A stretch of 64,000 nucleotides of DNA from contig JAFSVX010000010.1 of assembly GCA_017444785.1 (NCBI GenBank), positions 4,648 to 68,647 on the forward strand, read 5' to 3'. The stretch is from Clostridia bacterium. Its GTDB lineage: Bacteria > Bacillota > Clostridia > Christensenellales > UBA1242. The notes beneath the pieces were generated by a model. The model was not told the origin of the DNA and ran no database searches. It saw only the letters and a list, made by a program, of their open reading frames with translations. The translations under genes and the position numbers were made by a program. Shown in pieces: positions 40,480 to 50,689 of this stretch. The number at the start of each line of letters is the position of its first letter. Within the stretch, counting starts at the first letter, position 1.

Positions 40480-40916
40480 TACTTATCCTCCCCTTCATTT
40501 GAGGCCACAGCCTCTTTCTTTACGACTTTTACTTTGCAAGGAAGTTTATAAGAAGCACGTCTTAAAGCTTCCACGCATATTTCCTCTTTCAAACCGCCGA
40601 TTTCAAATAAAACTCTGCCTGGTTTTACAACAGCGACCCAGAATTCTGGAGAACCTTTACCTGAACCCATACGAGTTTCAGCAGGTTTCTTTGTAACTGG
40701 TTTGTGAGGGAATATATTGATCCAAACTTGTCCGCCACGTTTTGTATATCTTGTCATAGCAATACGTGCAGCTTCAATTTGGTTTGATGTGATCCAACAT
40801 GGTTCTTCTGCAACAAGGCCAAACTCACCATGGCAAATTGTATTACCACGAGTAGCTTTACCTGTCATTCTTCCACGTTGAACCCTTCTTCTTTTAACTC
40901 TTTTAGGCATCAACAT
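40479..40916 (-). CDS. rplP: 50S ribosomal protein L16
   Basis: [17 protein letters not shown]. Confidence 0.97.
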   Translation of the reverse strand: MLMPKRVKRRRVQRGRMTGKATRGNTICHGEFGLVAEEPCWITSNQIEAARIAMTRYTKRGGQVWINIFPHKPVTKKPAETRMGSGKGSPEFWVAVVKPGRVLFEIGGLKEEICVEALRRASYKLPCKVKVVKKEAVASNEGEDK

Positions 40917-41577
40917 GATTGTTTCCTCCCTTTTTTGCAGTTAAGTTTTGTTTACCAAAAACTTCACCCTTGTAAATCCAAACTTTTACGCCAAGTTTTC
41001 CTGAAACGTGAGCCTCAGCAAAACCATAGTCAATATCAGCACGAAGAGTTTGAAGAGGAAGTGATCCATCTTGGTAAAATTCACTTCTTGCAATTTCAGC
41101 GCCATCAAGACGACCGCTAAGCATGATTTTAACACCTTTAACGCCGGCTTTTTGGCATCTTGCAAGACCTTGTTTCATTGCACGGCGGAAACCAACACGT
41201 TGGTCAAGTTGTTGAGCAATTCCCTCAGCAACAAGCTGTGCATCAAGGTCTGGATTTTTGATTTCAATAACGTTAATGTTTACATCTTTACCAGTAAGAC
41301 GAGCAAGTCTTGCTTTCATATTTTCAACTTCAGCACCTTTCTGTCCAATAACCATTCCTGGTCTTGCAGTGTAAAGAGAAACAGTAACTTGTTTTGCAGT
41401 TCTTTCAACAACTACTTTTGAAATACCGCAATTTTTGTAATTTTTCTGAATAAATTCACGAATTTGGTGATCTTCAAGCAGATTTACAGCAAAATCTTTC
41501 TTGTTTGCGTACCAATTGCTGTCCCAAGACTTAATAACACCAACTCTGAGTCCATGTGGATTAACTTTTTGTCCCAT
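40903..41577 (-). CDS. rpsC: 30S ribosomal protein S3
   Basis: [13 protein letters not shown]. Confidence 0.97.
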   Translation of the reverse strand: MGQKVNPHGLRVGVIKSWDSNWYANKKDFAVNLLEDHQIREFIQKNYKNCGISKVVVERTAKQVTVSLYTARPGMVIGQKGAEVENMKARLARLTGKDVNINVIEIKNPDLDAQLVAEGIAQQLDQRVGFRRAMKQGLARCQKAGVKGVKIMLSGRLDGAEIARSEFYQDGSLPLQTLRADIDYGFAEAHVSGKLGVKVWIYKGEVFGKQNLTAKKGGNNHVDA

Positions 41578-41587
41578 AATATCCTCC

Positions 41588-41977
41588 TTAAGCCTTAGCC
41601 TCGTCCAAAATGACGGTTATATGACTTGTACGCTTTTTGATTGAATGTGCTCTGCCTTTGCTTACTGGTTGGAATCTCTTAAGAGTTGGGCCACCATCAA
41701 CAAAAGTTTCAGCGACTATAAGATCTGCCTTGTTAAGTCCAAGATTGTTTTCAGCGTTTGCGCCTGCACTCTCGAGAACTTTAACAACATATTCTGCGCC
41801 AGAATTTGGCATATTTTTAAGAATTGCAACAGCATCTTCATACTTCTTTCCGCGAATCACGTTAAGAACAATTCTTACTTTAGATGGAGAAATTCTTACA
41901 AATCTGGCTACAGCTTTAGCGCGTTTATCAGCATTTGCTTTTCTTGCAGCAGTTTTTTCACGAATTCTGGTTGCCAT
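41588..41977 (-). CDS. rplV: 50S ribosomal protein L22 (129 aa, extended N-terminus)
   Basis: [21 protein letters not shown] core preceded by a roughly 20-aa basic extension. Confidence 0.95.
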   Translation of the reverse strand: MATRIREKTAARKANADKRAKAVARFVRISPSKVRIVLNVIRGKKYEDAVAILKNMPNSGAEYVVKVLESAGANAENNLGLNKADLIVAETFVDGGPTLKRFQPVSKGRAHSIKKRTSHITVILDEAKA

Positions 41978-42261
41978 TATTTATCTCCTCCCTTTGTTGT
42001 CTTTGCACCTTTATGACCTTTGAAGGTTCTTGTTGGCGCAAATTCACCAAGTTTATATCCTACCATTTCAGAGGAAATATAAACTGGAACATGTTTCTTT
42101 CCATCATACACGCCAATAGTATGTCCAACCATTGAAGGTATAATAGTTGATGAACGAGACCATGTTTTAATTACATGTTTTTCATTTGAGGCGTTCATTG
42201 CATCGATTTTCTTAACAAGACTTTCAGCAACGAAAGGGCCTTTTTTAACACTTCTACTCAT
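41977..42261 (-). CDS. rpsS: 30S ribosomal protein S19
   Basis: [11 protein letters not shown]. Confidence 0.97.
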   Translation of the reverse strand: MSRSVKKGPFVAESLVKKIDAMNASNEKHVIKTWSRSSTIIPSMVGHTIGVYDGKKHVPVYISSEMVGYKLGEFAPTRTFKGHKGAKTTKGGDK

Positions 42262-42272
42262 ATTTTCCTCTC

Positions 42273-43100
42273 CTAATTGATACGTTTAACAATAAACTTG
42301 TCAGTTTGATTTTTCTTTTTTCTTGTCTTAAGACCCATTGCAGGTTTACCCCAAGGAGTCATTGGACCAGCATGTCCGACTGGTGATTTACCTTCACCAC
42401 CACCATGTGGGTGATCCACAGGGTTCATAACTGAACCACGAACTGTTGGACGAACGCCCATATGACGTTTTCTTCCGGCTTTACCAAGAGAAACGATTTC
42501 GTGTTCGACATTGCCAACTTGACCAAGAGTGGCACGGCAAGTAACAAGAACTTTTCTCATTTCGCCAGATGGCATACGAAGTGTAGCATATTTTCCTTCT
42601 TTAGCCATATATTGTGCAGAAATACCTGCACTTCTTGCGATTTGACCACCACGACCAGGATGGAACTCGATGTTGTGAACAACTGAACCAATTGGGATAA
42701 GGTCAAGTGCAAGTGTGTTACCAACTTTAATTTCTGCATTATCACCACTCATAACGGTGTCGCCAACGTTAAGGCCAACAGGAGCCAAGATATATCTCTT
42801 TTCACCATCGGCATAGTTTAAAAGTGCGATGTAAGCAGATCTGTTTGGATCGTATTCAATAGATGCAACACGTGCAGGAATACCATCTTTATTTCTTTTA
42901 AAGTCGATTGTTCTGTATTTTTGACGGTTTCCGCCACCAATGTGACGAACTGTAATTTTACCGGCATGGTTTCTACCACCAGTTTTCTTCTTTGTTTCAA
43001 GAAGTGATTTCTCAGGGGCAGATTTTGTTATCTCGTCAAAAGACGCAGCTTTTCTTTGTCTTTGACCAGGTGTTGTCGGCTTAAATGTTTTAAGTGCCAT
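42273..43100 (-). CDS. rplB: 50S ribosomal protein L2
   Basis: 275 aa; [14 protein letters not shown]. Confidence 0.97.
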   Translation of the reverse strand: MALKTFKPTTPGQRQRKAASFDEITKSAPEKSLLETKKKTGGRNHAGKITVRHIGGGNRQKYRTIDFKRNKDGIPARVASIEYDPNRSAYIALLNYADGEKRYILAPVGLNVGDTVMSGDNAEIKVGNTLALDLIPIGSVVHNIEFHPGRGGQIARSAGISAQYMAKEGKYATLRMPSGEMRKVLVTCRATLGQVGNVEHEIVSLGKAGRKRHMGVRPTVRGSVMNPVDHPHGGGEGKSPVGHAGPMTPWGKPAMGLKTRKKKNQTDKFIVKRIN

Positions 43101-43121
43101 AATTATCCTTTTCCCCCTTTA

Positions 43122-43412
43122 TTATGATAAGCTGTCGAAGAACTCAATAGATTTGCTGTCAGCTGTAAGTTGAACGATTGCCTTCTTATAGCTTCCAGTT
43201 AAGCCTTCATGCTTTCCTTGTCTTTTTATTTTTCCGTAAACGTTAGAAATATTAACGCTTTCAACTTTTACTTTGAAAATTGTTTGAACCGCATCTTTAA
43301 CCATTGATTTATTAGCATCAGCAGCAACCTCAAAAGTATATTTTTTGTTTGCGATGTCTGCATAGCTCTTCTCTGAAAGAATAGGTCTTATAATAATGTC
43401 ATGTGCTACCAT
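43122..43412 (-). CDS. rplW: 50S ribosomal protein L23
   Basis: ATG 43410-43412 overlaps the rplD stop (TAATG) and has a GAGGAGG RBS. The ORF-track start 43421 is TTG inside rplD. Confidence 0.93.
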   Translation of the reverse strand: MVAHDIIIRPILSEKSYADIANKKYTFEVAADANKSMVKDAVQTIFKVKVESVNISNVYGKIKRQGKHEGLTGSYKKAIVQLTADSKSIEFFDSLS

Positions 43413-44032
43413 TATTTGCAAGCCTCCTCAATAGCCTTAACTGCGTCCTTAGTGATAAGAACTTTATCAGAAACAACCAATTCGTAAGTGTTAAGCATGT
43501 CAGCAGTTGTAACATTTACAAGTGGCAAGTTAGCCGCTGAAAGAACAACATTTTCGTTAACGCCGTTTGTTACGATAGTTACTCTCTTATCAAGTTTAAG
43601 GTTATTTAAAATTTGTGCCATTTCTTTTGTCTTTGGAGCTTTAAACTCAAGCTCATCAACAATCACAAGACATTTCTCTGCCAATGCAGTTGAAAGTGCG
43701 GAAACAAATGCGCCTTTTTTCATTTGTTTGTTGATCTTTTTACTGAAATCTCTTGGTTTTGGAGCGAACACAACTCCACCTTTGATCCATTGTGGAGCAC
43801 GAATAGAACCTTGTCTTGCGTTACCAGTTCCTTTTTGCTTCCATGGTTTTCTTCCACCACCACGAACTTCTGTGCGTGTGAGTGTGCTTTTTGTTCCTTG
43901 ACGTTGATTTGCAAGATATGCAACAACGATCTGATGAATAAGTGATTCATTGTAAGGCGCTTTGAAAACTTCATCACTTAAAGTAATTTTGCCAACTTCT
44001 TCGCCTTTGATATTTAAAACTTTAGTTTGCAT
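43412..44032 (-). CDS. rplD: 50S ribosomal protein L4
   Basis: 206 aa; EVRGGGRKPWKQKGTGNARQGS. Confidence 0.97.
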   Translation of the reverse strand: MQTKVLNIKGEEVGKITLSDEVFKAPYNESLIHQIVVAYLANQRQGTKSTLTRTEVRGGGRKPWKQKGTGNARQGSIRAPQWIKGGVVFAPKPRDFSKKINKQMKKGAFVSALSTALAEKCLVIVDELEFKAPKTKEMAQILNNLKLDKRVTIVTNGVNENVVLSAANLPLVNVTTADMLNTYELVVSDKVLITKDAVKAIEEACK

Positions 44033-44049
44033 AGCTTTCTCCTCCCGCC

Positions 44050-44679
44050 TTATGCCTTAACTGCAGTGCAGATGGTAACAAGTCCGCCTTTAGCTCCAGG
44101 TATAGCACCTTTAACATAAAGGAGATTTCTTTCAGCATCTACTTTTGCAATTTCAAGATTTTGGATGGTCACTTTCTCATTACCATATTGTCCAGGGAGT
44201 TTTCTGTTTTTGAATACTCTTGATGGATCACTGTTTGCTGAAAGTGAACCTGGTTCACGATGAACAGGACCAGTACCGTGTGTCATTTTCAAACGATGGG
44301 CATTCCATCTTTGAATAACGCCGCTGAATCCGCGACCACGAGTATAGCCTGAAACATCAACTTTGTCGCCAACCGCAAAGATATCACATTTAACCTCACT
44401 GCCAAGAGCAAGTCCCTCAGCAGAGATGCTGAATTCTTTAAGATATTTCTTTGGGGCGATGCCAGCCTTTTTGAAGTGGCCAGCTTCTGGTTTGTTAACG
44501 CGGTTTGCTTTTGCATCAACGAAAGCAAGTTGAACTGCGCTGTAGCCATCTTTTTCTTCTGTTTTGATTTGTGAAACTTGGCATGGGCCAGCTTCCACAA
44601 CGGTCACAGGGATTACAAGACCAGAGTCTGTGAAAATCTGTGACATGCCAATTTTTTTGCCTAATATTGCTTTATCCAT
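44050..44679 (-). CDS. rplC: 50S ribosomal protein L3
   Basis: 209 aa; ILGKKIGMSQIF. Confidence 0.97.
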   Translation of the reverse strand: MDKAILGKKIGMSQIFTDSGLVIPVTVVEAGPCQVSQIKTEEKDGYSAVQLAFVDAKANRVNKPEAGHFKKAGIAPKKYLKEFSISAEGLALGSEVKCDIFAVGDKVDVSGYTRGRGFSGVIQRWNAHRLKMTHGTGPVHREPGSLSANSDPSRVFKNRKLPGQYGNEKVTIQNLEIAKVDAERNLLYVKGAIPGAKGGLVTICTAVKA

Positions 44680-44701
44680 AATTTACGCTTTTCCTCCGAC
44701 C

Positions 44702-45010
44702 TTATAATTTTATATTGATATCAACGCCAGCAGGAAGGTCGATTTTCATAAGCGAGTCAACCGTCTTAGATGATGGATTATAGATATCAATCACTCTTTT
44801 ATGAGTTCTCATTTCAAATTGTTCTCTTGAATCTTTATGTTTGTGAACTGAACGAAGTATTGTTACAACTTCCTTTTCAGTTGGCATTGGGATAGGCCCA
44901 GATACCTTTGCACCTGCTTTCTTAGCAGTCTCCACAATTCTTGCAGCAGATTCATCAACAAGGTTGTGGTCATAAGCTTTTAACTTAATTCTTATTTTTT
45001 GTGTTGCCAT
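44702..45010 (-). CDS. rpsJ: 30S ribosomal protein S10
   Basis: [16 protein letters not shown]. Confidence 0.97.
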   Translation of the reverse strand: MATQKIRIKLKAYDHNLVDESAARIVETAKKAGAKVSGPIPMPTEKEVVTILRSVHKHKDSREQFEMRTHKRVIDIYNPSSKTVDSLMKIDLPAGVDINIKL

Positions 45011-45184
45011 TTAATTTCCTCCAAGTAAATATTTTCAGACCGGATCAATCCCCGCACTTGCAATACATTCCGCGGTGAACACTGGATTGAATTTCTGTCG
45101 CCAAAATCGTTGTTTTGACTTGTCCACGGAAGTTATCCCAATCAAGGCTCATGGGTAACCTTCCGCATCTTCCCATATTGCAGC
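45011..45184 (-). promoter_or_regulatory. Structured roughly 175-nt S10-operon leader
   Basis: Lies between the consensus promoter and the rpsJ RBS. Contains bulged hairpin CGGAAGGTTACCCA...TGGGATAACTTCCG on the minus strand. Regulatory role is inferred only. Confidence 0.4.
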
Positions 45185-45190
45185 GTAGCT

Positions 45191-45219
45191 ATTATACTAT
45201 ACACACGGCGCCGTGTCAA
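45191..45219 (-). promoter_or_regulatory. S10 operon promoter (perfect consensus)
   Basis: Reverse strand TTGACA (45214-45219), 17 nt, TATAAT (45191-45196). Confidence 0.8.
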
Positions 45220-45335
45220 GAGTTTTTCATTTATTTTTTAAAACTTTTTCAAATATTTTTTTTAAGAGCACATAAAACTTATTTAAACCTCATTAAAAAA
45301 GATAAATCACATCGATTTATCTCTTTTAAATATCA

Positions 45336-46265
45336 CTATTTAGTCAACTCATCGCAAGACATAAGTTCTGCATTTTCAAAACATTTAGGCATATTTAAAT
45401 CCGCTTTTCTAAATCCTAGTATCTCAAAATTACCAGTAGCTTCTATATCCGTTACGTCTTTATATTCCCCACTGTAATTTTTAATTTGTATGTTCCCATA
45501 AACTTTCTTTATTTTGCAATCTCTATGCAAAAAACTACTATGCATATCTCCAACAATATATTTGATATTTTTACCATTCCCATAATACTTCCCCACATAT
45601 AAGTCACATGTGTGACAGTTTAAAAATTTGGCAATCATAGGACGTAAAGCTGATTCACTAAATAAAGCCTTTTTCACTTTTGGATAATACCTTTTTCCTT
45701 TTTCAAAAACATCAGCATTATCTGCCTGCCCTTTTCTATGAAGAGAGAATCCATTATAGCCTATGTCATCAACAAGTTGACCAACATCAATTTGCGAGTA
45801 TTTTTTGTTTTGAAAATAACATTTATAATGTCTTAATCTTTCAATCCAGTTAATATGGTATTTCCAACACTCCGCATTTATCAGCCCTGAATTTTTGTTC
45901 AAAAATTCATTCGCTACTTCTATAAAGTCACTGGATATGTTTTGTTCATACCCATCAACCGTACCTCTGAAATAATCAAGATACATTCCCATACAGGTAT
46001 TTCCAACTATCTGTGGCTGACCATAATTATCAACAAACACAAAAAATGGATCTTGTGACAGGTATTCCACCACATGAGCCTTATCGCATAAGCATACATT
46101 CTTATAGTTTTTAAATAATTCACATAAAGTTTCACAATTTTCTTCAAAGTTTTCTGCATCAAAAATCCGAGACGGAAAATATATCCATCTGCCCTTTCCA
46201 AAGGTATTTAAGTTTTTTAAATTCAACATGGTTAAAAGTATACCACTTAAAATCACATATTTCAA
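45336..46265 (-). CDS. Cys-rich hypothetical protein (orphan)
   Basis: 309-aa ORF opening with TTG; first ATG at 46229. 17 Cys, no signal peptide or recognised motif. Sits between the lysK terminator and the S10 promoter. Confidence 0.5.
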   Translation of the reverse strand: MKYVILSGILLTMLNLKNLNTFGKGRWIYFPSRIFDAENFEENCETLCELFKNYKNVCLCDKAHVVEYLSQDPFFVFVDNYGQPQIVGNTCMGMYLDYFRGTVDGYEQNISSDFIEVANEFLNKNSGLINAECWKYHINWIERLRHYKCYFQNKKYSQIDVGQLVDDIGYNGFSLHRKGQADNADVFEKGKRYYPKVKKALFSESALRPMIAKFLNCHTCDLYVGKYYGNGKNIKYIVGDMHSSFLHRDCKIKKVYGNIQIKNYSGEYKDVTDIEATGNFEILGFRKADLNMPKCFENAELMSCDELTK

Positions 46266-46285
46266 TAGGAATTTTAAAAGCTAAA

Positions 46286-46324
46286 TAAAAAGAACCGCAA
46301 AGCAAGCACATTGCGGTTTTTAAA
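46286..46324. terminator. Intrinsic terminator downstream of the lysyl-tRNA synthetase gene
   Basis: AACCGCAA-agcaagcaca-TTGCGGTT with flanking A/T runs. Confidence 0.8.
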
Positions 46325-46339
46325 ATAAATTTAAAGATC

Positions 46340-47905
46340 TTAAAACTTCAAAAGTTGCATCAATTTATCTTTCTCAATAGCCATAAGGAAAATACCAAGT
46401 TTTGGACCTTGACCTTTGCCAAGAAGAAGATTGTAAAGAATCTCAAAAAATCTCTTTTGAGTTTTCTTTAATACATCAGGTTCAAGGTTAAGGTATTTGA
46501 CAACTGCGTAAAGCTCTGTCATAAGCTCATCGCTTGTTGCAAAGTCTTTGTTTACAAGCTCAATGGTTTTTGCAACCCAAGATTTTTCATCGTCATTAAG
46601 AGTTGCATAAAATTCATTGTTTCTGTCCTCAAGCAAGTTAACTTGATATTCTTCACCATAGTTTTCCACCCAATACTCAGCTTTTGCAAGTCTTTCTTTA
46701 TAATATTTTGTTGTGGTGTCGATATTTTCTTTTTTCATCAACTTTTCAAGCATCTGCTTATTGAAGTTGTCAATAGGAAGGAATGTTGCAAGGTTGCTGA
46801 ATGATGGATAATTTAAATAATCCTCGGTAACACCTGTAAAATCAAGAATGTCTTTATTGCCTTGGTCAATTCTGCCATCGAAATACATTTTTACCCAACG
46901 GTCATATTCACTGTAATAGCGGATAACATCATTGTCAAAAGCAAGTGAAAACTGTTGCATAGGCTTATATTTTGAATAGAACCAAAGAAGTAAATGTGCA
47001 TCATAAACATTCAGCATCTTAGTTATTGTGAGAACCCCACCTTTTGAGGAACTCATCTTCGCTCCGCCGCCTTTAATACCTATAAAGTTATAAGGTTCAG
47101 CAACCGGAGGCTCAAATCCGAAGATTTTTCTTGAAACGACTTCGGCAACATCATGGCTACCATTTTTTGTGAAGTGATCCATACCACCACTTTCAAATGT
47201 AACATTTTCTTGTTGCCAACGCATTGGCCAGTCAACTTTCCACTGAAGCTTGATATCTCTGCAAGTTTCAACATTAACAGTCTCTTCATGACCACAAGCA
47301 CATCTGTAAGTTATATCCCCTGTCGCATCATCATAGTTTACAATCTTTGCTTCTTTTCTACATTTTGAGCAATACACATTTGCAGGGAAAAAGCTGTCGC
47401 GTTCACCAAGCTCTGCATCTTGAGTTCGGAAGCTGTCGATGATGTCGAAAATCTCTTTTCTTTTTTCAAGTGACAGGCGGATTTTATCCACATATCTTCC
47501 ACTTCTATACTCTTGTGCCTGATATCTGAAATCAACTTCATGTTCGACATCAATCCCCATCTTTTTAAGTTCACCCTTAAAAACAGTTTCAAAATAATGA
47601 GCATAGCTTTCATTTTCAGAAAAAGGACTTGGCATATCTGAATAGTTCATACCAATATATTTCTCATATTCAGCAGGGATATCTGCAGGAACTTTACGGA
47701 ATCTGTCAAAGTCATCAAATGAGAATAAAAACCTTACTTTTTTTCCAAGGTTTTTGAGAGCCTTTGCAACAAAGTAAGGTGTTATAACCTCTCTGAAATT
47801 TCCAATATGAATAAAACCAGAAGGACTTACACCTGTTGCAATTGTGTAAACCTCTTCATTTGGTCTTTCGTTTATTATTCTTTGTGCAATATCATATGCC
47901 CACAT
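46340..47905 (-). CDS. lysK: Lysyl-tRNA synthetase, class I (archaeal type)
   Basis: GVSPSGFIHIGNFRE (HIGH-like HIGN) and KMSSSKG (KMSKS). ATG 47905 has an AAGGA RBS; the ORF-track start 47965 is less likely. Confidence 0.85.
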   Translation of the reverse strand: MWAYDIAQRIINERPNEEVYTIATGVSPSGFIHIGNFREVITPYFVAKALKNLGKKVRFLFSFDDFDRFRKVPADIPAEYEKYIGMNYSDMPSPFSENESYAHYFETVFKGELKKMGIDVEHEVDFRYQAQEYRSGRYVDKIRLSLEKRKEIFDIIDSFRTQDAELGERDSFFPANVYCSKCRKEAKIVNYDDATGDITYRCACGHEETVNVETCRDIKLQWKVDWPMRWQQENVTFESGGMDHFTKNGSHDVAEVVSRKIFGFEPPVAEPYNFIGIKGGGAKMSSSKGGVLTITKMLNVYDAHLLLWFYSKYKPMQQFSLAFDNDVIRYYSEYDRWVKMYFDGRIDQGNKDILDFTGVTEDYLNYPSFSNLATFLPIDNFNKQMLEKLMKKENIDTTTKYYKERLAKAEYWVENYGEEYQVNLLEDRNNEFYATLNDDEKSWVAKTIELVNKDFATSDELMTELYAVVKYLNLEPDVLKKTQKRFFEILYNLLLGKGQGPKLGIFLMAIEKDKLMQLLKF

Positions 47906-48043
47906 TTTTACAGTATCCTTATCTTTAGATATAAGTAATATACCCCTTGCACGCGAATTTGTCAACTCTTTCTTGAAATAGCCTGAATTTCTAACTCATA
48001 AATCAAAAAATTTAAAAATATACTTTTCATATAAAGGAGCATT

Positions 48044-50680
48044 ATGGATTTTTATACCACCCCGCTTGAAAAGATATATAAAGAGTTTAAGTCTGGTAAA
48101 AATGGTCTTTCTTCTGACAGCGTAAAAACAAATCAAGAAAAGTATGGAAATAATCAACTGAAAGGTCAAAAGAAAGTCAGTTTTGCGGCTCGTTTTTTTG
48201 CCCAGTTTAAAAACATCATGATAATTGTGCTTCTTATAAGTGCAGTTATCTCCACAACAATTTCCATCACAAAACACGAATACAGCGATCTGTTTGAGGG
48301 TGGACTTATTTTTTTAATAGTCATCATGAACTCACTTATCGGAGCTCTGCAAGAAAAGCGCGCAGAAGACGCCCTTGAACTTTTAAACAAAAAGACTGAG
48401 CCATTTTGCAAAGTCATACGTGATGGGAAACTTATAAAAATTCCTACAACAGAGGTTGTGGTTGGCGATATTGTAAACTTAAATGCTGGCGATTTTGTCC
48501 CTGCCGACATCCGCCTTATATCCTCTGCAAATCTTAAATGCGATGAAAGCACACTTACAGGCGAAAGTCATGCAGTTTTTAAAAATGCTGATAAAACACT
48601 TTTAAATAACACCCCACTCGCCGAACAAGAGAACATGTGTTTTTCTGGGACCACATGCACCTATGGAAACGGCACAGGCATTGTCGTTCGCGTGGGGCAA
48701 AACACCGAGATTGGCAAGATTGCAGGCATGCTTTCAAATAATAAAAGAGAGAAAACACCGCTTGAAAAAAACATAGACAAAATTGGCAAGCTGATAACCT
48801 ATGGAGTGCTTATTATTGTTGCCATTGTTTTTGTAATACAGCTGATATTTTCTCGCCAGACAAATATGCTCGAAGCTTTTTTGATTGCCATAGCCCTTGC
48901 CGTTGCTGCCATACCTGAAAGCCTGCCCGCAGTGATCACTATTGTCATGGCACTTGGAGTGGAACGTCTTGCGAAACAAAGAGCGATTGTCAAAACCCTA
49001 AGCAGCACTGAAACGCTTGGCTGTTGCAATGTCATTTGCAGTGATAAAACCGGAACATTGACACAGAACAAGATGACGATAAAACATGTCTTCTTTGACA
49101 GAAAAATGATTGACAATTTCCAAGACAAAGACAACTTAAATCAACTTTATTTACCCATGCTTCTTTGCAATAACGCAAAATTCTCAGATGATGGAAAAAT
49201 CATTGGTGATGCAACAGAAAGCTCCATGTTGTTTCATCTTAAAACTTACTGTGATGACATCTTTGAAAAAGTTAATGCTTGCCCAAGAATAAAAGAATTT
49301 CCGTTTGACAGCTCACGCAAAATCATGAGCACAGTAAATAAAGTTAATGGGCAAAATTTTCTTTTCAGCAAAGGTGCATATGACTATCTTATTGACAAAT
49401 GCACAAAGATTTTAATAAATGGAGCGGAAACAGTCCTCTCCCCTTCGCTTCGATCAGAGATTGACAAAGCAATAAGCCACATGACTAAACGGGCAGAGCG
49501 CGTGCTTGCTGTGACCATGAAAAAAGTTGACAGCGAAGATGACATGATTGAAAATGGCCTTACTTTCGTTGGTCTTATTGGAATTATTGATCCACCGCGC
49601 CCTGAGGCCAAGTCCGCAATAAAAGAGTGCCACAAAAGCGGGCTTAAACCAGTCATGATCACCGGCGATCACCCAGACACCGCTTTTGCCATTGCCAAAG
49701 AGCTTGGAATTGCAAGCAAAAAAGAAGAGGTCGTCACCGGAAGCCAAATTGACAAACTTGACATAAAAAATCTTTCAAAAGTCATAGAAAATTTCAGTGT
49801 CTTTGCAAGGGTTACTCCCGAGCATAAAGTAAAGATAGTCAAAGCGTTTAAGAAAATTGGAAAGATTGTTGCCATGACAGGAGACGGCGTCAATGATGCC
49901 CCAAGCATAAAAGAGGCAAACATTGGAACATGCATGGGAATAAATGGAACTGATGTCACCAAAAGCGTTGCGGACCTTATCATCACTGACGACAATTTCC
50001 AGACTATTGTTGTCGCCATAAAAGAAGGCCGAACAATCTATAACAATATTCAGAAAATAATTTTATTTCTGCTTTCCACAAACCTTGTGGAAGTACTTGG
50101 AATATTTGTTGCAACAATAATCATGCGCGACCAGATTTTCTTAAGCCCCGCACAAATATTGTTTATCAATCTTGTAACTGACAGCTTCCCAGCTTTTGCA
50201 CTTGGTCTTGAGCCACCCGAACATGACATCATGCAAAAGCCACCAAGAAATGCAAACGACAACCTTTTCAGCGGAAGAGTGGGCACAAGCATACTCTATC
50301 AGTCGTTTGTGCAAACTATGCTGGTTCTTGTGATATTTGTTGTTGGCGTTCACAAATGGGGAAACGCAGTCGCAAGCACTATGGTCTTTTTAATCATCTG
50401 CCTGATGCAAATAATTCATGCGGTCAACTGCAAGACGCTTGAAAGCATCTTCAAAATCAATATTTTAAGCAACAAAAGTTTCAATATAAGTTTTATTGGA
50501 CTTTTTGCACTGATACTTCTTGTTGCCTTCGTGCCACTTCTTCAAACCGCCTTTGGAATTGTCGCTTTAAACAAAGTTCAATGGCTGACAGTCGCACTTG
50601 CCAGCATATCAATAATACCACTTGTTGAAATATGCAAATATTTCGTAAACAAGTGGTATCAAAAACACAATCTTTATTAA
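48044..50680 (+). CDS. P-type ATPase, Ca2+-transporting (P2) type
   Basis: 878 aa; CSDKTGTLT phosphorylation site, TGES, MTGDGVNDAP, 10 TM pattern. Confidence 0.88.
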   Translation: MDFYTTPLEKIYKEFKSGKNGLSSDSVKTNQEKYGNNQLKGQKKVSFAARFFAQFKNIMIIVLLISAVISTTISITKHEYSDLFEGGLIFLIVIMNSLIGALQEKRAEDALELLNKKTEPFCKVIRDGKLIKIPTTEVVVGDIVNLNAGDFVPADIRLISSANLKCDESTLTGESHAVFKNADKTLLNNTPLAEQENMCFSGTTCTYGNGTGIVVRVGQNTEIGKIAGMLSNNKREKTPLEKNIDKIGKLITYGVLIIVAIVFVIQLIFSRQTNMLEAFLIAIALAVAAIPESLPAVITIVMALGVERLAKQRAIVKTLSSTETLGCCNVICSDKTGTLTQNKMTIKHVFFDRKMIDNFQDKDNLNQLYLPMLLCNNAKFSDDGKIIGDATESSMLFHLKTYCDDIFEKVNACPRIKEFPFDSSRKIMSTVNKVNGQNFLFSKGAYDYLIDKCTKILINGAETVLSPSLRSEIDKAISHMTKRAERVLAVTMKKVDSEDDMIENGLTFVGLIGIIDPPRPEAKSAIKECHKSGLKPVMITGDHPDTAFAIAKELGIASKKEEVVTGSQIDKLDIKNLSKVIENFSVFARVTPEHKVKIVKAFKKIGKIVAMTGDGVNDAPSIKEANIGTCMGINGTDVTKSVADLIITDDNFQTIVVAIKEGRTIYNNIQKIILFLLSTNLVEVLGIFVATIIMRDQIFLSPAQILFINLVTDSFPAFALGLEPPEHDIMQKPPRNANDNLFSGRVGTSILYQSFVQTMLVLVIFVVGVHKWGNAVASTMVFLIICLMQIIHAVNCKTLESIFKINILSNKSFNISFIGLFALILLVAFVPLLQTAFGIVALNKVQWLTVALASISIIPLVEICKYFVNKWYQKHNLY

Positions 50681-50689
50681 ATTTAAAAT

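Noticed and set aside
45115-45477. 120-aa plus-strand ORF spanning the S10 leader and promoter
   Set aside because: It overlaps a perfect consensus promoter and structured leader on the opposite strand, plus the 3' end of the neighbouring gene. It has no RBS.
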